38,426 nt of DNA from Clostridia bacterium (lineage in GTDB: Bacteria; Bacillota; Clostridia; Oscillospirales; CAG-272), in the NCBI GenBank assembly GCA_017624395.1, contig JAGANE010000067.1:1-38426 (forward strand), read 5' to 3'. This document shows, piece by piece, positions 1 through 8,490 of the stretch. The stretch's first letter is position 1, and every line of letters starts with the position of its first letter. The translations under genes were made by a program, and so were the position numbers. The notes under the pieces are model-generated. The model was given only the letters and a program-made list of their open reading frames with translations. It was not told where the DNA came from and searched no databases.

Positions 1-542
1 AGGATCGAGCCGCCGAGGATCCCTGCATTGCCCGCAAGCTTGGTGCCCGCACGCGTTCCGATATACACGCCCACCACGCAAATGATAAACGTGACCAGCG
101 CAATGATCGCCGCCGCCAGCAGTGCCTCGATCCAGCCGTACTCCGCGATGGTAAAGCCGACCGACAGCGCGTCGATCGAGGTTGCCACACCCTGCATCAG
201 CAGGGCCGTAAGACAAACCTTGCAGCATTCGCCGTCCTCACATGTTTGGGTAATGCCCTCGTACAGCATCTTGCCGCCGATAAAGCCGAGCAGACCAAGC
301 GCGATCCAGGGGATCAGCTTTTCAAATGCATGGAAATATTGCACCACGGTATGCACGCATACCCAGCCGATCATTGGCATAAGAGCTTGAAAAAACGCAA
401 AAATCGCCGCAATGATGCACATTTTGCGCACCTTCATGCGCGGTTCGTTCAGTCCGTTCGCCAGGGACACCGAAAAGGCATCCATCGCGAGCCCCGCTCC
501 GAGCAGAATGCTCTGCGCAAAAAACGTAAAGTCGAAATTCAT
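1..542 (-). CDS. mntP: Manganese efflux pump MntP family protein (3' end runs off window start)
   Basis: Manual translation from ATG at 542: MNFDFTFFAQSILLGAGLAMDAFSVSLANG...FQALMPMIGW...GVATSIDALSVG; LAMDAF and ATSIDAL motifs; GGAGG RBS. Not in the ORF track. Confidence 0.9.
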   Translation of the reverse strand, partial: MNFDFTFFAQSILLGAGLAMDAFSVSLANGLNEPRMKVRKMCIIAAIFAFFQALMPMIGWVCVHTVVQYFHAFEKLIPWIALGLLGFIGGKMLYEGITQTCEDGECCKVCLTALLMQGVATSIDALSVGFTIAEYGWIEALLAAAIIALVTFIICVVGVYIGTRAGTKLAGNAGILGGSI

Positions 543-582
543 GTCGGTCCTCCGCCGTATACGTCCTTTTTCCATGATAACG

Positions 583-612
583 AAAAGCAGACAACGATTG
601 CTGTCTGCTTTT
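583..612. terminator. Intrinsic terminator after tRNA-His
   Basis: AAAAGCAGACA-N8-TGTCTGCTTTT inverted repeat with A/T tracts on both sides. Confidence 0.75.
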
Positions 613-615
613 CTT

Positions 616-693
616 TGGGGTGAGATATGGGATTCGAACCCACGACCTTCAGGGCCACAACCTGACGCGCTAACCAACTGTGCTAATCCCACC
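616..693 (-). tRNA. tRNA-His (GTG)
   Basis: Reverse complement GGTGGGATTAGCACAGTTGGTTAGCGCGTCAGGTTGTGGCCCTGAAGGTCGTGGGTTCGAATCCCATATCTCACCCCA; G-1, anticodon GTG, encoded CCA. Confidence 0.96.
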
Positions 694-702
694 ATTTGAA
701 GA

Positions 703-779
<77 letters not shown>

Positions 780-822
780 ATTGCCAAACAACTTCCCGAA
801 TTGCTTCGGGAAGTGTTTTTGC

Positions 823-896
823 TGGAGCGAGTGATGGGAATCGAACCCACGCGACCAGCTTGGAAGGCTGGGATTCTACCATTGAACTACACTCGC
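823..896 (-). tRNA. tRNA-Gly (TCC)
   Basis: GCGAGTGTAGTTCAATGGTAGAATCCCAGCCTTCCAAGCTGGTCGCGTGGGTTCGATTCCCATCACTCGCTCCA; anticodon TCC. Confidence 0.96.
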
Positions 897-925
897 ATGT
901 CCTTGCTTTTCTCAAGTACCACAAT

Positions 926-954
926 ATTATACCACAGACTCATTTTTTTGTCAA
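926..954 (-). promoter_or_regulatory. sigmaA promoter of the tRNA operon
   Basis: TTGACA-N17-TATAAT with extended -10 TG. Confidence 0.85.
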
Positions 955-1021
955 TAGGAAAATCAAAAATATTTTTGATAAATTATATAATATTTTTCAA
1001 ATAAGATAATTTGGAAAAGAC

Positions 1022-1050
1022 TTGTCTTTTTTCTTTTTGTGTGTTATAAT
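1022..1050 (+). promoter_or_regulatory. sigmaA promoter for the esterase gene
   Basis: TTGTCT-N17-TATAAT with extended TG. Confidence 0.65.
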
Positions 1051-1084
1051 GGGTTATCATAGACTGAGCAAAAGGAGATTTACC

Positions 1085-1753
1085 ATGTACACCAAGCATA
1101 AATGGGATTCCGATGTTTATTATAATTTTGGTTACGTAAAGTATCTGCCAAAGGATTATGACGAGAACAAGAAGTATCCTTTGGTGTTCTTTTTACACGG
1201 CGCGGGAGAACGTGGAGACGATCTCGACAAAGCGATGTATAACGGATATATGAAGCACGTCAGAGAAGAAGGGCGTGAATATCCCTTTATTTTTGTGGCA
1301 CCGCAGTGTCCCGCAAACAAATATTGGGGCTGCTATACCGAGTCGCTGTTGGCTTTTTTGGATCATATCTGCGAAACGTTGCCTGTAGACCGTGATCGCA
1401 TCTATCTGACGGGGCTCAGCATGGGTGGCACAGGCGCGTGGATGCTTGCGATGGCAGATCCCGACCGCTTTGCGGCTTTGATTCCCGTTTGCGGTAGCGG
1501 TATCTATTGGCATGCGGGAGTTCTGGTGAATCTTCCTGTTTACATTTATCACGGCGATCTTGACGACGTAGTTCCGTTGAGCGAATCGATCTCAATGCTG
1601 AGTGCGATCCATAAACGGGGAGGACAGAAGGCGCAGATCAAGATTCTTTACGGTGTCAAGCATAATGCATGGAATGCCGCTTACAGTGACGAGGAGCTAT
1701 TGGAGTGGATGCTTGCGCAAAAACGCACTCCCATTTCTGTGCCCGAAGTGTGA
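1085..1753 (+). CDS. Alpha/beta hydrolase (predicted peptidase / carboxylesterase family)
   Basis: FLHGAGERG, nucleophile elbow GLSMG, HGDLDDVVP, C-terminal HNAW; start moved to ATG 1085 after AGGAG. Confidence 0.85.
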   Translation: MYTKHKWDSDVYYNFGYVKYLPKDYDENKKYPLVFFLHGAGERGDDLDKAMYNGYMKHVREEGREYPFIFVAPQCPANKYWGCYTESLLAFLDHICETLPVDRDRIYLTGLSMGGTGAWMLAMADPDRFAALIPVCGSGIYWHAGVLVNLPVYIYHGDLDDVVPLSESISMLSAIHKRGGQKAQIKILYGVKHNAWNAAYSDEELLEWMLAQKRTPISVPEV

Positions 1754-1768
1754 GGGAATTTTTGAAAT

Positions 1769-3037
1769 ATGGAAATTAAGATTTTAACAAATGTTTCGTA
1801 TGACGTTGCCGTGGTCGGTGGCGGAACGGCGGGCGTATTTGCCGCCGTCTCTGCCGCGGCGGCAGGTGCCAGAACTATTTTGATCGAAAAGAACGGCGTG
1901 CTTGGAGGCACCTCCACGGTGGGGGGGATCAATTATCCCGGGCTGTTTTTTGCGTGGGGCAAGCAGATCATTGCGGGACATTGCTGGAATGCGATCAAGC
2001 GCATGGAGTCGCTCGGCTTTTGCAGGATTCCCGAGATTGCCTATGAGCGTCGCGAGCATTGGTTGGAGCAGATCAGATACAACACCTTTGCGTACTGTGC
2101 CGTTTTGGACGAGCTTTGTGCGGAGCATGGTGTGGAGGTTTGCTTTCACAGCATGTTGACCGCTGCCGAAGAGCAAGAGGATGGCGTCACACTTTTGGTC
2201 GCGCAAAAGGACGGTGTCAAGCAGGTAGAGGCAAGGATTGTCATTGATGCAACGGGAGATGCCAATCTCGTGCAGATGCTTGGATATCCTTGCATGGAAT
2301 CCGCACAATTACAGCCCTCTACACTGTCGGTCAGCTTGGGCGGTTACGATGCCGATGCGGTGGACGTAGAGGCTTTGACAGCGGAGCTTGCGTCAGGCTT
2401 GGAGGCGGGGGTGCTTCCTGCATGGACGGTTCCCGCAACCGTGGCACGAGGTGTTTTCAAAAAGGAGCTGCGTTTTCACGTGCCTACGCCAAAGGGGAGT
2501 GATACCTCCGATCAAAAAAGCCTTTTGGAGATTTCTGCACGGCGCGATGCGTTTTCCATCATCTGCTTTTTGCGTACCTGCAAGGGGCTTTCCTCGCTTT
2601 TTGCGTCAGAGTTTTCCAACGAATGCGGTGTGCGTGAAACCAAGCGGGTGTTGGGCGAATACGTGATTACCGCCGAGGATTATATCAGCGGCAGGCATTT
2701 TGACGATGCGGTTTGCTATGCCTTTTATCCCATTGATCTGCATATTCCTCCGTACGATGTCAAGCAACAGTATTTTTCTCCCGAGCATTGTGCCACAGTT
2801 CCGTATCGTGCTCTGATCCCCAAGGGAGCATCCCGCATATTGGTGGCGGGGCGGATCCTTTCGTCGGATACCGATGCAAACAGTGCGCTTCGTGTGCAAG
2901 CCCCTTGTATGGCTATGGGGCAGGCAGCAGGATGTGCGGCGGCGATCGCGGCGCGGCAAGGTGTGTGTGTTTCCGATGTGGAATATCAAGCACTTTGTCG
3001 CGAGCTGACACGTCAGGGAGCCATTGTTCCGCTGTAA
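1769..3037 (+). CDS. FAD-dependent oxidoreductase (FAD_oxidored-type)
   Basis: DVAVVGGGTAG dinucleotide fold, IDATGDA, GVRETKR, YPIDLH, VPYRALIP, LRVQAPCMAMGQAAG. Confidence 0.85.
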   Translation: MEIKILTNVSYDVAVVGGGTAGVFAAVSAAAAGARTILIEKNGVLGGTSTVGGINYPGLFFAWGKQIIAGHCWNAIKRMESLGFCRIPEIAYERREHWLEQIRYNTFAYCAVLDELCAEHGVEVCFHSMLTAAEEQEDGVTLLVAQKDGVKQVEARIVIDATGDANLVQMLGYPCMESAQLQPSTLSVSLGGYDADAVDVEALTAELASGLEAGVLPAWTVPATVARGVFKKELRFHVPTPKGSDTSDQKSLLEISARRDAFSIICFLRTCKGLSSLFASEFSNECGVRETKRVLGEYVITAEDYISGRHFDDAVCYAFYPIDLHIPPYDVKQQYFSPEHCATVPYRALIPKGASRILVAGRILSSDTDANSALRVQAPCMAMGQAAGCAAAIAARQGVCVSDVEYQALCRELTRQGAIVPL

Positions 3038-3186
3038 TGCTTTGGGGCTGTTTCCTTTTGAGAAAAAGCCTCTTGGTGTTTTGTGTCAATATTGGCAAAC
3101 AAAAGGTCAAAAAGGGAAATGCTTTTTGAGGATGAATGCTTTATAATATGTAAGATACAATTTTGACATGTGAAGGGAGATTTTCA

Positions 3187-4707
3187 ATGTCTGTAAATCC
3201 TATCAAGGCTTTGCCGAGGGGAGAGAGCCTGAGCTATTGCTGCTCTTGGGCAAGCCAAAACTTTGTAGCCAAAAGAAGGATGCTCGGCAAGGGGGCTGTG
3301 GCAGCCGACTTTTTTGGTGCGCTTGGATCCAAGCTTGCGCGTGCGGAGTTGAACGAGGAGCTGATCTTTGGAAAGGGCGGCTTTGCCGAGCAGTTTCCCG
3401 AGGTGCGAAAGGATCTTTTCTTTGTCTTGGACGACGGTTGGGACGTGCCGTATTCGATTGATCCCGACTGTGAAATCCATATGTTTGGTTCCTTGGAGAT
3501 CGACACCGAGCGCTTTCCGTCCTTGCAAGGAACTCCTGCGGAACGCTTGAAGCAGATGAACAAAATGCTCCGTGCGCGGGGCTGGCGAGGTTTGGGGCTT
3601 TGGATCGCGCCGCAGGTTCAGGGAGAGAGATATGATGATCCCGACCTTGATTATCCCAAGCACGAGGCATATTGGCGAGAGCGCATCCTGTGGTGCAAGC
3701 ATGCCGACGTGCGCTATTGGAAGGTCGATTGGGGAAAGCACTCGGGCAAGGTGGAATATCGTAAGATGATGACCGATTTGGGACACGAGTTATTTCCCGA
3801 ATTGACCATAGAGCATGCGTGTTGTCTGATTCCTGTCAACGGTAGCCCTTTAGAGGGGTTGATCCGATATGAGAATTTTGCCAAGCTTGAGCGGATTTGT
3901 AAGATCTGTGACTATAGCGACGCCTTTCGTTCCTACGACGTGACCGACGATATGCTTTCCGCAACCACAACGATGGACCGTCTTTCCACGCTTTTGGAAG
4001 TTTCAAAAGGCATTGTCAACTGTGAGGATGAGCTTTATATGGGCGCGGCACTCGGATGTGCCGTGGGGATCATGCGCTCGGCATACGGGAGCAATCTTTA
4101 TCATATGTGTACTCGCTTGGATGAGGTGACCGCCGCCATTCGTTGGCAAAGGATAGCACCGCCGTTTGCGGGAGGACCACTCTTGCGCTCGGAGTGGATT
4201 TTGACCGACCGCTGCTATTTTCGGCCCGAGGATACGTGGTTTAAGGATATTCACGGCAAAACCGTGGAGCAGGCGGCACCTGCTGTGATCGCAAGAAATA
4301 CGCCTTTGCCCACGGTGGAGGGCGACGAGACGGTTCCGTTTGTCATTGCTTCTCAAAATCCCTCGGGGGCGTATTCTCTGGCGGCAATTCGTCGACGGAT
4401 CGCCTTTGACCGTACGACACCGCCCTGTGTGACCTGCTTTGCGGGAGTATCCGAGCAAATCGGCGTGTTTGGCTCCTTTGCAAGCGTTACGCTCCGTTTT
4501 GACCGTCCCGTCAAGGCGGTTGTGGCACAAAGCTTGATTCGCGGGGATGCCCGCAAGCTCCCCGTGGAGGAGATTGTCCGTGGCAACGAGGTCTGTCTCT
4601 CAGGAGCGCTGCTTGCGCAATTTGATACGACCTGCGACAACTCGGAAAATGCCGTGATGCTGACCGTTTCGTTTGCTGACCAAAACGGTACGGGCATGGA
4701 ACAATGA
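3187..4707 (+). CDS. Uncharacterised glycoside hydrolase, clan GH-D-like (GH27/GH36-like TIM barrel)
   Basis: YCCSW, FVLDDGWD, GLGLW, YWKVDWG (KxD nucleophile-like), FRSYD (acid/base-like); ATG 3187 after GAAGGGAG. Confidence 0.6.
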   Translation: MSVNPIKALPRGESLSYCCSWASQNFVAKRRMLGKGAVAADFFGALGSKLARAELNEELIFGKGGFAEQFPEVRKDLFFVLDDGWDVPYSIDPDCEIHMFGSLEIDTERFPSLQGTPAERLKQMNKMLRARGWRGLGLWIAPQVQGERYDDPDLDYPKHEAYWRERILWCKHADVRYWKVDWGKHSGKVEYRKMMTDLGHELFPELTIEHACCLIPVNGSPLEGLIRYENFAKLERICKICDYSDAFRSYDVTDDMLSATTTMDRLSTLLEVSKGIVNCEDELYMGAALGCAVGIMRSAYGSNLYHMCTRLDEVTAAIRWQRIAPPFAGGPLLRSEWILTDRCYFRPEDTWFKDIHGKTVEQAAPAVIARNTPLPTVEGDETVPFVIASQNPSGAYSLAAIRRRIAFDRTTPPCVTCFAGVSEQIGVFGSFASVTLRFDRPVKAVVAQSLIRGDARKLPVEEIVRGNEVCLSGALLAQFDTTCDNSENAVMLTVSFADQNGTGMEQ

Positions 4708-5963
4708 AAGGAACCTTTACAACGATGATGTCCAATACACAACGCGTCAGATGGGCGTGTTATACCTCCAACCTCAGTATGTCTGTGGCGGGAAATCTTT
4801 CTCCTTTGCTTTTTCTGACCTTTCGGGAGATGTACGGGATCTCGTACTCCCTGCTGGGGCTTTTGGTTATGGTGAACTTTGTTACACAGTTGATCATTGA
4901 TCTGATCTTTTCCTTTTTTTCACACAAATTTAATATTCCCGTGGTTCTTCGGATCATGCCGATGTTGACGATCCTCGGCTTATCGGTCTACGCGCTTTCT
5001 CCCGTGCTGTTTCCGCAAAACGTTTACGTGGGATTGCTTTTGGGAACGGTCGTGTTTTCTACCTCGTGCGGACTTGCAGAGGTGCTGATCAGCCCCGTGA
5101 TTGCGGCATTGCCCTCCGATAACCCCGACCGTGATATGAGCAAGCTTCATTCCATTTACGCATGGGGCGTGGTTGGTGTCGTGATTTTTGCAACACTGTT
5201 CCTGCTTTTGTGCGGCTCACAGAATTGGCAATGGTTGGCATTCATCTTTATGGTAATGCCGTTGCTCAGTACCGTTTTGTTTCTTTGCGCAAGGATCCCT
5301 CCCATGAAACCCCCCGAAAAGACGTCGGGTGCGATCAGCTTTTTGAAAAATCGCGGCGTATGGGCGTGCGTGATTGGTATTTTTCTCGGCGGTGCCGCGG
5401 AATGTACGATGGCGCAGTGGGCGTCGGGATACCTGGAGCAGGCAATGGGAATTCCCAAGCTTTTGGGTGACGTTTTTGGTGTGGCGCTGTTTGCGGCTAC
5501 GCTTGGCTTGGGACGGACGTTGTTTTCCAAGATCGGAAAGCACGCGTCTCACGCGCTTTATATGGGAGCCATCGGTGCAACGGCGTGCTACCTGATTGCG
5601 GCAATTTCGCCGTTTCCCATCGTGGGACTGTTGGGGTGTGCGGCAACGGGCTTGTGTGTTTCCATGCTTTGGCCCGGAAGTCTGATCGTTGCCTCGGATC
5701 GTTTTCCAACGGGCGGGGTGTTGATCTATGCTTTGATGGCGGCAGGGGGAGACCTTGGTGCCTCAGTAGGACCGCAGCTGGTAGGTACTGTCACCGACCT
5801 TGCCATTGAAAGCCCGACGCTGATTTCTTTGGCATCCACATTGGGGACCGCCCCCGAGCAGCTTGGCATGAAGCTTGGAATGCTGATTGGTATGCTGTTT
5901 CCGTTGGCGGCAATTCCGCTTTACCGACATTTTTGGAAAAAAGACCGTGCAAAAATATCTTAA
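4704..5963 (+). CDS. MFS transporter
   Basis: About 12 hydrophobic segments; ATGA overlap with the upstream glycosidase. Confidence 0.85.
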   Translation: MKGTFTTMMSNTQRVRWACYTSNLSMSVAGNLSPLLFLTFREMYGISYSLLGLLVMVNFVTQLIIDLIFSFFSHKFNIPVVLRIMPMLTILGLSVYALSPVLFPQNVYVGLLLGTVVFSTSCGLAEVLISPVIAALPSDNPDRDMSKLHSIYAWGVVGVVIFATLFLLLCGSQNWQWLAFIFMVMPLLSTVLFLCARIPPMKPPEKTSGAISFLKNRGVWACVIGIFLGGAAECTMAQWASGYLEQAMGIPKLLGDVFGVALFAATLGLGRTLFSKIGKHASHALYMGAIGATACYLIAAISPFPIVGLLGCAATGLCVSMLWPGSLIVASDRFPTGGVLIYALMAAGGDLGASVGPQLVGTVTDLAIESPTLISLASTLGTAPEQLGMKLGMLIGMLFPLAAIPLYRHFWKKDRAKIS

Positions 5964-5970
5964 TCCAATC

Positions 5971-6009
5971 AAAAAAGCGGCGACTCCACATCGGGAGTCA
6001 CCGCTTTTT
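5971..6009. terminator. Bidirectional intrinsic terminator
   Basis: AAAAAAGCGGCGACTCC-N6-GGAGTCACCGCTTTTT between convergent genes. Confidence 0.8.
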
Positions 6010-6021
6010 GATTTGAAATCT

Positions 6022-6147
6022 TCAGTTTCCAAACAGACTCATAAAGAACATGACCAGATAGGTCAAAACGCCCGATGCCACAAGTGCTGTCAGCACCAGC
6101 GCAAGAATGCGCACGGGCAGGGAATAAGTAGCTCTTTTTTTTGCCAT
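6022..6147 (-). CDS. Small single-pass membrane protein (41 aa)
   Basis: MAKKRATYSLPVRILALVLTALVASGVLTYLVMFFMSLFGN*; GAAAGGA RBS; basic N-terminus plus TM helix; followed by a terminator. Confidence 0.7.
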   Translation of the reverse strand: MAKKRATYSLPVRILALVLTALVASGVLTYLVMFFMSLFGN

Positions 6148-6178
6148 GAGAACACTTCCTTTCTTACGTAACGTCAGA

Positions 6179-8371
6179 TCACGGCAACGGAACGCCCGTT
6201 GCGGGGATCTTTATTTTTTTCAAGCTCTTTGCACCGTCGGGAATTTGCGAAAGATCAACGGTTGCGCTTACCAGCGTTTGTCCTTTTTTTAGCGACATCA
6301 AGGTGACACCTCCCGAGGTTCGGGTTGCCATTTGCGGAATCAGTGAGGTCTTGATGACGATGGCGCGTTGATCGGATGAAACCAGCATGACCTCCATCGG
6401 TGTTTTTTCGTAGAATGCCGCCACAATGGGAGACGATTTGGAGAATGCCGAGGTCAGCTTGCGGCGGTTGCCCGTGATCTCGTAGTTTGCCGCAGAGATG
6501 CGCACGCCCTTACCGTTGGCAAAGATAAAGACGAAGTTCTCCTTTTCGGGATACTTGTTTTGAATATTCATCAGGATCGGCTTTTCGTCCGCATCCATTT
6601 TCAGCGTGACGGGCAGATAGTCGCCGAGTGCCGATGCCTTGGTGGTGTCAAAATCATCCGCCTTTGCGCGATAGAGCTGACAGCGGTCGGTGAGGAAGAT
6701 GAGATTATCGGAGTTCTCTCCGTCGATCACGCTGAGCAATTCATCGCCGTCCTTGCACTTTTGCTCGTCGTTGCCACGCAGGGATTGGAAGGTGATCTTT
6801 TTAAAGTAGCCCTCACGTGTCAGAACAAAGCGCGCCGCATAATTTTCAATATGCTCCTCCTCCTGATAGGTTGCCACCATATTGACGGGCAGGATCTGGG
6901 AGCGGCGAGGCTGACCGTATTTCTTTTTGATCTCGGTCAATTGCTTGATGATCAACGCTTTTTGCTTCAGCTCGTCCTTTAAGGTCTCCTCCATATCCGC
7001 GATCTCGGCTTGCAATCCCTCGATCTCGGAGATGCGGTTGAGGATATACTGACGGTTGAGGTTTCGCAGCTTGATCTCGGCGATGTAGTTGGCTTGGATC
7101 TCGTCAATATCAAAGCCCTTCATCAGGTTGGGAACAACGTCCTCCTCCAATTCGGTGCGACGAATGATGCGGATTGCCTTGTCAATGTCCAAAAGGATCT
7201 TGCCGAGTGCCAAAAGCAGGTGGAGCTTGTCCTTTTTCTTTCCCAGATCAAAGGTCATCTCACGCCGCAGGCAGTCCAGACGGAATTTGATCCACTCATG
7301 GAGAATGTCAATGATGCCGAGCGTGCGCGGAACGCTGTTGATCAGCACGTTGAAATTGCATTTGAAGCTATCCTCAAGAGGAGTGAGCTTAAAGAGCTTG
7401 GTCATCAGCTTGTCGGGATCTACACCGCGACGCAGGTCGATGGTCAGCTTAAAGCCGCTCAGGTCGATCTCATCACGGAAGTCGGTGACCTCCTTGAGCT
7501 TGCCCTCCTTATAAAGCGAGGTCAGCTTGGCAAGGATCAGCTCAATGGACGTGGAATAGGGGATTTGGATAATATCAATGCAGTTTTGCTCCTTGTCGTA
7601 GACGTAGCGCGCGCGGAGCTTGACCGAGCCTTGTCCCGTGGTGTAGATCTGCTTCATCTGCTCCTCGTCAAACAGGATCACACCGCCGCCCGAAAAATCG
7701 GGTGCCTTGATCAGTTCCATGATCTTTTCCACCGAAAGATTGGGCTTGCGCAAGAGCGCAATGGTGCCGTCGCAAATTTCGGCAAGATTGAAAGAGCAGA
7801 TGTCCGATGCCATACCAACCGCAATGCCCTTGTTGGGCATGACCAAAATGTTGGGGAAGGTGGTGGGCAAAAGCACAGGCTCCTTCATCGTGGCATCGTA
7901 GTTGTCCACCATGTCCACGGCGTTTTTGTCAATGCCCGCAAACAGCTCGGCACAAATGGCATCCAGCTTACACTCGGTATAACGCGCGGCGGCGTATTTC
8001 ATCTCCGAGGAATACTGTTTACCAAACGATCCCTTGGAGTCCACCAAGGGGTGCAGGAGCGTTGCATTTCCGCGCGTCAGACGCACCAGTGTTTCGTAGA
8101 TCGAGGCATCGCCGTGCGGATTGAGCTTCATCGTTTGACCTACGATGTTGGCACTTTTGGTGCGAGCGCCGTTGAGCAATCCCATTTTATACATGGTATA
8201 CAGGAGCTTGCGGTGAGCGGGCTTGAGACCGTCAATTTCGGGAATCGCACGGGAAACGATGACGCTCATAACGTAGGGCATGTAGTTCTTTTCAATGGTT
8301 TCGGTAATCGGTTGGTAGACCACGGGAGCGTAGACGATTTCTTTTTTTTCGTTTTTCTTTTTCTTTGCCAT
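6179..8371 (-). CDS. parC: Type IIA topoisomerase subunit A, ParC-like (no recognisable GyrA box)
   Basis: SRAIPEIDGLKPAHRKLLY, PHGDASIY, AAARYTE catalytic Tyr, GIAVGMA, APDFSGG; shortened beta-pinwheel CTD. Confidence 0.8.
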   Translation of the reverse strand: MAKKKKNEKKEIVYAPVVYQPITETIEKNYMPYVMSVIVSRAIPEIDGLKPAHRKLLYTMYKMGLLNGARTKSANIVGQTMKLNPHGDASIYETLVRLTRGNATLLHPLVDSKGSFGKQYSSEMKYAAARYTECKLDAICAELFAGIDKNAVDMVDNYDATMKEPVLLPTTFPNILVMPNKGIAVGMASDICSFNLAEICDGTIALLRKPNLSVEKIMELIKAPDFSGGGVILFDEEQMKQIYTTGQGSVKLRARYVYDKEQNCIDIIQIPYSTSIELILAKLTSLYKEGKLKEVTDFRDEIDLSGFKLTIDLRRGVDPDKLMTKLFKLTPLEDSFKCNFNVLINSVPRTLGIIDILHEWIKFRLDCLRREMTFDLGKKKDKLHLLLALGKILLDIDKAIRIIRRTELEEDVVPNLMKGFDIDEIQANYIAEIKLRNLNRQYILNRISEIEGLQAEIADMEETLKDELKQKALIIKQLTEIKKKYGQPRRSQILPVNMVATYQEEEHIENYAARFVLTREGYFKKITFQSLRGNDEQKCKDGDELLSVIDGENSDNLIFLTDRCQLYRAKADDFDTTKASALGDYLPVTLKMDADEKPILMNIQNKYPEKENFVFIFANGKGVRISAANYEITGNRRKLTSAFSKSSPIVAAFYEKTPMEVMLVSSDQRAIVIKTSLIPQMATRTSGGVTLMSLKKGQTLVSATVDLSQIPDGAKSLKKIKIPATGVPLP

Positions 8372-8490
8372 GCTTCGGGTGGAGTTCCTTTCGTAAGAGT
8401 GAAAAGTGAAAAGGTGAGGTGATGTCTTTAAGGGGGAAAAGCTTTTTTAATAAAAAAATAATTTTGTTGTGAACAGAATTATTTTCATTA

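Noticed and set aside
543-615. yybP-ykoY manganese riboswitch expected upstream of mntP
   Set aside because: Only about 70 nt separate tRNA-His from the start codon, largely taken up by a terminator; no riboswitch core recognisable.
3036-3142. Three copies of AATGCTTT upstream of the glycosidase
   Set aside because: Irregular spacing in an AT-rich region; cannot be told from chance without orthologs.
7010-8422. 470-aa plus-strand ORF, and similar long antisense ORFs at 10778-12106, 15222-16367, 26507-27559 and 34703-36238
   Set aside because: Shadow frames opposite well-conserved genes (parC, M18 peptidase, whiA, GH3, groEL); no RBS or recognisable motifs.
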